Positions 1 through 7,304 of a DNA stretch of 16,449 nt are shown piece after piece (the stretch's first letter is position 1; every line of letters begins with the position of its first letter). This stretch comes from Promethearchaeota archaeon (lineage in GTDB: Archaea > Asgardarchaeota > Lokiarchaeia > Sigyniarchaeales > SOKP01). The notes beneath the pieces were generated by a model. The model was given only the letters and a program-made list of their open reading frames with translations, was not told the origin of the DNA and searched no databases. The stretch is taken from assembly GCA_048938005.1 (NCBI GenBank), contig JBHLMQ010000061.1:1-16449 (forward strand), written 5' to 3'. The translations under genes were made by a program, and so were the position numbers.

Positions 1-358
1 AACCCCCAGGAGCTAGCTCTTCATCTCCTGAAGTTGCATTCACTATCCAATTGCCTACATAAACACTAATACCTTTCGCAGGTAATGGTGTTCCCTGAAA
101 TTCATCTGTAATTTTACCTTTAGCTACTACTATTTTGGAATAAATTTCTGGGGGAATCTCTCCATTCACCCATCCCGGTTTTGATGACCAATTTATAAGA
201 TACCATTCAGAAGGGTAAACTGAGAAGTCTGGTATTCTTTCTGTATTAGCACCCTCATAGGTCCATTCTTGTGCTACACCTGTTCTTTGCATCAAAAAGA
301 GAGGCAATATCATTAAAGTTAAAATACTAAATAGTATAATTTTCTTTGAATTTTTCAT
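1..358 (-). CDS. Secreted or surface protein of unknown function, N-terminal part (runs off the window edge)
   Basis: Not in the ORF track. Manual translation from ATG 358-356 is open to base 1: MKNSKKIILFSILTLMILPLFLMQRTGVAQEWTYEGANTERIPDFSVYPSEWY... The basic N-terminus, hydrophobic core and G-V-A|Q site fit a Sec signal peptide. Confidence 0.8.
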   Translation of the reverse strand, partial: MKNSKKIILFSILTLMILPLFLMQRTGVAQEWTYEGANTERIPDFSVYPSEWYLINWSSKPGWVNGEIPPEIYSKIVVAKGKITDEFQGTPLPAKGISVYVGNWIVNATSGDEELAPGG

Positions 359-381
359 ATTTTTATTCACATTGAATTATA

Positions 382-410
382 AATTTTGTATTAAATTAAT
401 TTACAAAATT
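382..410. promoter_or_regulatory. 9-bp perfect inverted repeat (AATTTTGTA-N11-TACAAAATT), candidate operator for the secreted-protein gene
   Basis: Arms at 382-390 and 402-410, 24-52 nt upstream of the ATG at 358. The region is AT-rich, so chance is not excluded. Confidence 0.3.
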
Positions 411-562
411 GTTGTTTGAGATGTAAGTATAATTCATATTTAAATCTTATATATCAAGCTAAAAAAGAATCTTAAATTAGGGTTATCAATATTTTTAAAA
501 TTATGAGTATGAGTTTCTTGATTATCTCTATAAACAGTCTAATTTAACATAATTTATATCTG

Positions 563-587
563 AAAGAAAAGAAAAAGAAAAAAAAAG
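563..587 (-). terminator. Pyrimidine/oligo-T tract, candidate archaeal-type terminator downstream of the HAD gene
   Basis: Plus strand GAAAGAAAAGAAAAAGAAAAAAAAG gives consecutive U tracts on the minus-strand transcript. Confidence 0.35.
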
Positions 588-695
588 TGAATTTTTAAAA
601 TTTATATTTTCTTTTAGTGTTTTCTGATGGGAATTGAAGTGATTCCAGCGAAAAATAATTGTTAAAGATCTGTGAGTCTCTGGTTCTGCGATGAT

Positions 696-1430
696 TTATT
701 TTTCTATTAAATTTAATAATTCATCGAGCGAATCAATTAATAAATCTGGGTGTTCTTCTGCGAGTATTAGTTTTTGACTAACCCCACTAGTAATTGCAAT
801 AGTCCAAAATCCAGCCTCTCGACCAGCAATAATATCTGATGGCATATCACCTACCATTATAAATTCATCTCTTTTTCTTTTATCATATACTTCTAAAGGT
901 GGTTGAAGCGCCATGGGATCTGGTTTTTGCACAGGTATTTTATCACTTCCATAAATTCCTTTAAAAAAGTTATTAATGCCTTCATTTTCAAGATGTTCAA
1001 TAATAGTTTCAGTCTTATTGTGAGAAACAATAAAAAGATCTGAAATTTTCTTTAATTTTTTTAAGAGGGGTTTCACAGATGGAAACAATGGAGCCTCTTT
1101 AGAATATTCCAAATATTTAGAAAAAATTTCTATTGCTATACGTAATTTTTTAAAATATGATAGATCTTTGAGGATTGTGATATGTTTGAATATCTCATAA
1201 GATTCAAGAAGGACTTTCGGGAGAGGATATCCTTGAATTGTCTCAAGTAAAGCACCAATTTCTTGGATTGTTGTATCAATATCTGCTCTAATTCCTTTTT
1301 CTTCAAGAACCTCTTTAATGGATTTTTCAAGAAGTTCTCTTACATCCAATATAGTCCCATCAAAATCAAAAACAATTCCCCTGAAAAAGCCATTTTTAAG
1401 TCGACTTATTAATTCTTTCCCTTTATTCAT
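696..1430 (-). CDS. HAD-superfamily hydrolase (phosphoglycolate phosphatase/PpaX-like, subfamily IA)
   Basis: Motif I FDFDGT, motif II IVSHN, motif III KPDP, motif IV MVGDMPSDIIAGREAG, and C-terminal PDLLIDSLDEL. Confidence 0.92.
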   Translation of the reverse strand: MNKGKELISRLKNGFFRGIVFDFDGTILDVRELLEKSIKEVLEEKGIRADIDTTIQEIGALLETIQGYPLPKVLLESYEIFKHITILKDLSYFKKLRIAIEIFSKYLEYSKEAPLFPSVKPLLKKLKKISDLFIVSHNKTETIIEHLENEGINNFFKGIYGSDKIPVQKPDPMALQPPLEVYDKRKRDEFIMVGDMPSDIIAGREAGFWTIAITSGVSQKLILAEEHPDLLIDSLDELLNLIEK

Positions 1431-1509
1431 GATTTAATTTCCTAACTTTTATAAAAGATATAATTTATTTAAATAGGTCAAAGACTTTAAAATTTATTTT
1501 AGGAATCAT

Positions 1510-2196
1510 TCAAGAAAGCTTATATTTTAAAGACCCATATCCAAGCATAATACTACATATTAGTAAAGTATATATCATTATTTTTTGCCCTGCTGCTTGG
1601 ATCAGTAATCCTTCTGGAGTTCTAATATTTAAATTAAAATATAATAATACAAAATATATTCCTAAAATAAGTGCTGAAATAATTAATATGATTGCATAGA
1701 AATTAGAAAATTCTCTACTTTGATAGATTGTTATGGAATATATGATAATACTGATAAAAATTGAAGAAAAAGCAGCTATAACAAAAAAATCATGAATTTG
1801 ATATAAGAGATTAGATGGTGTAAAAGCAATCCCTATATAACATATTCCAGCGATAATTCCCAGAAGTGATCCTATATAGGAAAGAATTCTTAAATTTTTA
1901 CTCTGTTTAAATAAAAATGTGAAAGTAATGAAAAATGGAATTTGTAAGAAACCCCAGATTGAAAGAGTTATAAAAAAAAGAATAAAAGCAATTCTATTAG
2001 AATTCCCGGAATGAGCAATTGTTCGACCTAAATCACTAAAGACATTATACAAGAATTGATAATTAGTAGTGGTTGGATCCACATAAGTACCACCTGTATA
2101 AAAGAACATTGCAATGCTAGTTAAGATTATAAATTGAACACTACCAATTATATCTAAAATAGATGTCCATTTCTTGAGAATTATCCTTGAAATCAC
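1510..2196 (-). CDS. Multi-pass membrane protein, DUF998-like
   Basis: 228 aa with about 5-6 hydrophobic helices. FSDLG follows the first helix and a His precedes helix 4, as in DUF998 proteins. GTG start with GGTGA about 10 nt upstream. Confidence 0.7.
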   Translation of the reverse strand: MISRIILKKWTSILDIIGSVQFIILTSIAMFFYTGGTYVDPTTTNYQFLYNVFSDLGRTIAHSGNSNRIAFILFFITLSIWGFLQIPFFITFTFLFKQSKNLRILSYIGSLLGIIAGICYIGIAFTPSNLLYQIHDFFVIAAFSSIFISIIIYSITIYQSREFSNFYAIILIISALILGIYFVLLYFNLNIRTPEGLLIQAAGQKIMIYTLLICSIMLGYGSLKYKLS

Positions 2197-2503
2197 TTTA
2201 ATATATTCACCATTTCATTAAATTTTTTTATAGAAATAAGGGTTATAAGAAAGATTACAAATAATGCTAAAGATAATATAAACCAAAATCGTTATTTTTG
2301 AATATATTGCATATTCTCTTTTAACTTTATTTCATTTGATAATAATTATTCGTTTATTTTAAATAATAAAAGAAAAAATGATTTGTATTTTTTAAAGTTA
2401 AAGAGATAGAATTTTTCAGTTTCAATATGATTTTTTTTATTCTAGGGAATATTTTATTCAGATGTTGCCTATTTAATCACATTATAATAGTCAAAGGAAT
2501 AAC

Positions 2504-3262
2504 ATGAAAGAATTCATCTTTTTCATTCTTTTATTAATTTCATTTGGTTTTTCTTCACTTATAGTTTTTATAGTCCTATTTTTTATAACTGCTGGATATG
2601 GTCAACATATAAACAAAAAATGGGGGCCTGCTATTAATAACAAATTAGGTTGGTTTTTAATGGAGGTTCCTACAATAATAATTTTCTTTATTTATTATCT
2701 AATAGGAAACCGAAAGACAGACTTGATGTCATTAGTTTTTTTAAGTATTTGGATGTTGCATTATTCTCAACGTACGTTTTTGTTTCCCTTATTAATCCGA
2801 GGAAAACAACCAATGCCAATATTAATTATTTCACTTGGATTCATATTTAATGGTATTAACAGTTATTTACAAGCTAGATGGCTCTATAAATTCTCTCCAC
2901 CTTATTCTCAGAATTGGATCTTCAATCCTTTATTCTTAATAGGAATTATTGTCTTTTTTTGTGGGTTTATTATCAATCTCCATTCAGATAACATTATTCG
3001 CAGGTTACGAAAACCAGAAGAAACTGAATATAAAATCCCTTATGGAGGTATGTTTAAATATGTAAGCTGTCCAAGCTATTTTGGAGAAATTACAGAATGG
3101 ATAGGTTGGGCTATAATGACATGGAGCATTCCAGGTCTTGTTTTTGCCCTATGGACTTATGCAAATTTAGCTCCAAGAGCACGATCTAATCATTTATGGT
3201 ATTTAAATAATTTTCCAAATTATCCAAAAAATCGAAAGGCACTTATTCCCTTTATTTATTAA
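2504..3262 (+). CDS. 3-oxo-5-alpha-steroid 4-dehydrogenase (SRD5A/DET2/TECR family) membrane NADPH-dependent reductase
   Basis: Family motifs YG-x-H, WFLMEVP, HYSQR, NLHSDNIIRRLRK, YKIPYGGMFKYVSCPSYFGEITEW, NLAPRA and the canonical C-terminus YPKNRKALIPFIY. Confidence 0.92.
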   Translation: MKEFIFFILLLISFGFSSLIVFIVLFFITAGYGQHINKKWGPAINNKLGWFLMEVPTIIIFFIYYLIGNRKTDLMSLVFLSIWMLHYSQRTFLFPLLIRGKQPMPILIISLGFIFNGINSYLQARWLYKFSPPYSQNWIFNPLFLIGIIVFFCGFIINLHSDNIIRRLRKPEETEYKIPYGGMFKYVSCPSYFGEITEWIGWAIMTWSIPGLVFALWTYANLAPRARSNHLWYLNNFPNYPKNRKALIPFIY

Positions 3263-3273
3263 AAATTAGTGGA

Positions 3274-4338
3274 TTAATATAAATTTGAGCGAGATTTGAT
3301 ATAGATCCGATTTCGTGAATCTATTAACTGTAAAGAACCCCATTTATCAAATAATGTCTCTGTTTTTCCTAAAATTAATATTCCATTCTCAACTAATCGA
3401 TTTTCAATAATTTTTAAGAATTTGTCTCGATTTGTACGATTAAAATAAATTAATAAATATCTACAGAAAATGATATCATATCTATAAGGCTTTTCATGAC
3501 TTTTTGTCACATCTTCAACTAGAAATTCAATTTTATTTTTTATTTTCTCATCGATTAAATTATAGTATCCAAAATAGGTTTTTTTTTTTGTGAAATATTT
3601 CTTTTCGAAATAATCTGAAATTTCTTTCATTGAATCATTAGTATAGATTCCCTTTTTTGCTTTTTCTATAGCTTCATAAGCAATATCAGAGGCTATAATT
3701 CTATACTTAGGAAACCGTGGAACTTGCGATTCCAGATTATTTAAAATCATTGCTATTGAATATGGTTCTTCACCAGTAGCGCATGGACAAGACCAAATAT
3801 TAATATCATTATTTACACCAGAACCTAACTTTAATTTCTTATAAAAAGAGAGTCGGTTGAGAAACACGAAGATATCTGTATAAAATCTTTCTGGTTTATC
3901 ATTTAATCTCCTATTTTTAAGCGAATTTTTAGCAGCATTATTTTTTGTTCTAAATTGAGCTAATTTTTTTGGATTTGGCCGTATTCCTGCTCTGAGCTTA
4001 TTCTTATTTACATTTAATCCATGAATAAATAAATCTTGAAAAGTCTCAAATATATCATAATCTCGAAAAAAGAAAGAATAATTTACTGTAAACTTTTCAG
4101 TAAATTTTTTAATTTCAGCACTATTTGATGATATGTATTTATAATATTGATTGAGTGTTTTACAGGGGACTCTTATCATTCGTGATTTTATACGTTTTTC
4201 AATAAATTTCTTATTATAATATTCAAAATTTAGCCCTGTTTTCTTTTTTAACAACTGAACTAATGAGTTATAAGAATTTTCATCAACAGTGATGTCATTA
4301 ATAAGATTCCATTTATTAAGTTCAGAATCGAAACTCAT
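3274..4338 (-). CDS. cheR: CheR-family protein-glutamate O-methyltransferase with an internal basic insertion
   Basis: N-terminal helical domain (KKTGLNF..Y..K...RI..R), FTVNYSFFFRD, IWSCPCATGEEPYSIAM, IIASDI, YDIIFCRYLLIYF and LILGKTETL. Confidence 0.88.
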   Translation of the reverse strand: MSFDSELNKWNLINDITVDENSYNSLVQLLKKKTGLNFEYYNKKFIEKRIKSRMIRVPCKTLNQYYKYISSNSAEIKKFTEKFTVNYSFFFRDYDIFETFQDLFIHGLNVNKNKLRAGIRPNPKKLAQFRTKNNAAKNSLKNRRLNDKPERFYTDIFVFLNRLSFYKKLKLGSGVNNDINIWSCPCATGEEPYSIAMILNNLESQVPRFPKYRIIASDIAYEAIEKAKKGIYTNDSMKEISDYFEKKYFTKKKTYFGYYNLIDEKIKNKIEFLVEDVTKSHEKPYRYDIIFCRYLLIYFNRTNRDKFLKIIENRLVENGILILGKTETLFDKWGSLQLIDSRNRIYIKSRSNLY

Positions 4339-4515
4339 ATACTTTTCTATTACTTTATTAACATTATCAAATTGTATATCACTAAATATTTAATTCCATA
4401 ATAGGTTTTTTGAATTTATATCTTCTTAAATAGGAAATAATTTAGAAAAATAAGAAAAAAGCACTCATACTTTAAAATTAAATGAAATAGAAAATTAAAA
4501 ATAAAGAAACCAGTA

Positions 4516-6876
4516 TTAAATTACAGTATGTTCAGTTCTTTTAATTATTTCATCCTGCAAAGTTGACCCTAGATTCACAAAATAGTCACTATAACCTGCA
4601 ACTCGTACTATCAAGTTTCTATATCTTTCTGGATTTTTCTGTGCCGCTCGTAAAGTATCTTCTGAAACCACATTGAATTGAATGTGATGACCATTCATTT
4701 CAAAATATGCTCTAATTAGATGAACTAATGCATTAATCATATTTTGATCTGAAAAAAAATGAGGTGAAAATTTTTGATTCAATAAAGTTCCTCCCGTTCG
4801 TAGATGATCTATTTTACCAGCAGATTTTATTACAGCGGTAGGGCCTTTAACATCCATTCCTTGAACTGGAGATATACCTTCTGACAATGGTGTAAATGCT
4901 TTCCTACCATCAGGAGTTGCAGCTGTTACTTTACCAAAATATATATGAACGGTTGTTGGTAAAAGATTAATTCTATGCTCACCACCTCTTGTATTAGGAC
5001 GTCCATTTATTGCATCATATACAATTTCAAACACCTGCTGAGTAATTGAATCTGCATAATCATCATCATTTCCATATTTAGGGGTTTTATATAATAATTT
5101 TTGTCTAAGATCTTCATATCCATTAAAATTATTTTTTAGGGCTTCTAAAAGGTTCTCGATATTTAAGATATTATTATCATATATGTTATACTTTAATGAA
5201 GTTAAACAATCTGTTATACTCCCCATACCTACGATTTGTATATAAGAAGTATTATATTTCGCACCCCCATTATTATAGTCCTTACCTTTCTTAATACAAT
5301 TTTCAATTATTATAGATAAGAAGGGAGAAGGATTTTGAGTCCAAATCCGTTCAATAATTTGGTTGCCTTTTATTTTAATATTTACAAAATGATTAATTTG
5401 TTTTGAATATGCTTCCATTAACTCATTAAAACTTTTAAAATTTGTAGGATTTCCAGTTTTTAATCCAAACTGCTTTTTAGTTAGAGGATCAAAACCATTA
5501 TTAAGAGTGATTTCGAGAATTTTCACTAAATTAAAATATCCTGTTAAAATATATGCTTCTTTCCCGAACGCACCAGCTTCAACGCAGCCACTTGCTCCAC
5601 CATTTCGGGCATCCTCTATAGACTTGCCTTGTCTTGTTAATTCTTGAATAATTGCATCACAATTGAACACAGATGGTTGGCCAAAACCAGTCTTAACAAT
5701 CTCAAGTGCTCTTTTTAAAAACCTATCTGGAGTTTTAGTACTAATCTGAACATTACTACTTGGTTGCAGTATTCTCATTTCTTGAATGACATCTAGGAGA
5801 ATATAGGACATTTCATTTACTCCTTCAGAACCATCCTCTTTAAGTCCACCGAGGTTTATATTGCAGAAATCAGTATAAGTATTGCTTTCTTCAGCAGTAA
5901 CACCAACCTTTGGAGGTGCAGGTTGATTATTAAACTTCACCCAAAAAGCTTGAAGAAGTTCAAATGCTTCTTCTTTTGTCAATATTTCATTAACAATATC
6001 ATTATTATAGAAAGGATAAAGATGTTGATCTAAGCGCCCTGGATTGAACGAGTCCCATGTATTATATTCAGTTATTACACCCAAATGGATGAACCAATAG
6101 TGTTGGAGTGCTTCCCAAAAAGTTCTAGGTGCGTGAGCAGGTACATGAGAACAAATCTCAGATATTTTTTCCAATTCACTTTTTCTTTTTGGATCTAACT
6201 CTTGGTTAGCTAATTGTTTAGCTTTTTGAGAATGGCGTTCAGCAAAAGCAATTATTCCATCAGCAGCGATATTCATAGCAATTAATTGTTCTCTCTTATT
6301 ATAGGCTTCGGGATCATTATAAAAATCTAATTGTTCTATACTTTCAGAAATTTCTTGTTTAAAGTCTAAAAATCCCTTATTCCATATATTTTTCCCAGCA
6401 ACTGTATGTCCTGGTGCTCTCTGTTCCATAAACTCTGTAAAAATTCCTGCTTCGTAGGCATCAATCCATTTTTCATCAACTTGAGTGAAGATTTTATCTC
6501 GAATAGACCGTCCTTTCCAGAAGGGAATAATTTTATTTGCTGCCTTTTGTCTTGTTTCTTCAGATACCTTAAAAGAAATTTTTTCACGTGTGTTCAAGAT
6601 ATCTAAATCATGTAAACTATGACAACAAACTTCTGGATATGTAGGAGTTGCTTTTGGCTCTGGACCGCGTTCACCAACAATTAATTCACCCTCATTAATA
6701 CATATTTTCTTGTTATCCAATATATATTTAAATGCTTTTGCTCTCGCAACTGGAGGAGTATAAATATGAGCTGCTCCAGTTTCATAGAATTCCGTTATTA
6801 ATAGTGCCCGTTCCAAGGAAATATATGGAATTGCTTCACGACTTTGTTTTCGTAAACTCTTAATTCGCTCATTCAT
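4516..6876 (-). CDS. hypD: Glycyl radical enzyme, trans-4-hydroxy-L-proline dehydratase (HypD) type; intact copy 1, 786 aa
   Basis: Cys loop SGCVEAGAFGKEAYILTGY and Gly loop RVAGYS. HypD-type substrate motifs FTEFMEQRAPGHTV, WDSFNPGRLDQ, ESNTYTDF and LPTTVH match those recalled for Clostridioides difficile HypD. Confidence 0.88.
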   Translation of the reverse strand: MNERIKSLRKQSREAIPYISLERALLITEFYETGAAHIYTPPVARAKAFKYILDNKKICINEGELIVGERGPEPKATPTYPEVCCHSLHDLDILNTREKISFKVSEETRQKAANKIIPFWKGRSIRDKIFTQVDEKWIDAYEAGIFTEFMEQRAPGHTVAGKNIWNKGFLDFKQEISESIEQLDFYNDPEAYNKREQLIAMNIAADGIIAFAERHSQKAKQLANQELDPKRKSELEKISEICSHVPAHAPRTFWEALQHYWFIHLGVITEYNTWDSFNPGRLDQHLYPFYNNDIVNEILTKEEAFELLQAFWVKFNNQPAPPKVGVTAEESNTYTDFCNINLGGLKEDGSEGVNEMSYILLDVIQEMRILQPSSNVQISTKTPDRFLKRALEIVKTGFGQPSVFNCDAIIQELTRQGKSIEDARNGGASGCVEAGAFGKEAYILTGYFNLVKILEITLNNGFDPLTKKQFGLKTGNPTNFKSFNELMEAYSKQINHFVNIKIKGNQIIERIWTQNPSPFLSIIIENCIKKGKDYNNGGAKYNTSYIQIVGMGSITDCLTSLKYNIYDNNILNIENLLEALKNNFNGYEDLRQKLLYKTPKYGNDDDYADSITQQVFEIVYDAINGRPNTRGGEHRINLLPTTVHIYFGKVTAATPDGRKAFTPLSEGISPVQGMDVKGPTAVIKSAGKIDHLRTGGTLLNQKFSPHFFSDQNMINALVHLIRAYFEMNGHHIQFNVVSEDTLRAAQKNPERYRNLIVRVAGYSDYFVNLGSTLQDEIIKRTEHTVI
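4852..5409 (+). repeat. Direct repeat copy A: 558 bp identical to 10130-10687, inside hypD copy 1
   Basis: Line-by-line comparison at offset 5278 shows no mismatch. First mismatches are 4851/10129 (C/T) and 5410/10688 (T/C). Confidence 0.95.
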
Positions 6877-6930
6877 TATTTAACTATTAACTGAGATATT
6901 AAATCCAGATAATTAATGAAAATAAAGAAT

Positions 6931-6957
6931 CGGTAGAATAAAAAAATAATCCTACCG
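6931..6957. promoter_or_regulatory. Imperfect hairpin CGGTAG...CTACCG in the hypD copy 1 leader
   Basis: GC-containing arms around an A-rich loop, 55-81 nt upstream of the ATG, with T-rich sequence following on both strands. Confidence 0.3.
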
Positions 6958-6987
6958 CACTTTTTAGTAAAGAAATTTTTTTATTTC

Positions 6988-7024
6988 TGAAGTATTCAAT
7001 GATACATATTCATAATATACTTCA
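6988..7024. promoter_or_regulatory. 15-bp imperfect inverted repeat in the hypD1/DUF362 divergent promoter region
   Basis: TGAAGTATTCAATGA (6988-7002) vs reverse complement of 7010-7024, TGAAGTATATTATGA: 12/15 matches with a 7-nt spacer. Adjacent to the TATA-like TTTATATATAA at 7029-7039. Confidence 0.35.
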
Positions 7025-7304
7025 TGAATTTATATATAATTAAATCGAAAAGTGGAAAAATGCAAAGAGAAAAAATTGAAAATTAATAGTAATTTAGGCT
7101 ACTTCATAAATGTCTTACTCTTCTGATCTTTCTAATAAAACTCAATTTTTTTTCAATTCGTTTAAACTTAATTTATCTTCTAATATAATCAACGAACGTT
7201 TTTCCATTTCAGTTTTATTCTGAAATTGTAAATATTTAAAAATAAAAAAGTATGAATATTTACTAATATCTAAACATAATATATAGCGAAAGGATAATTT
7301 CAAC

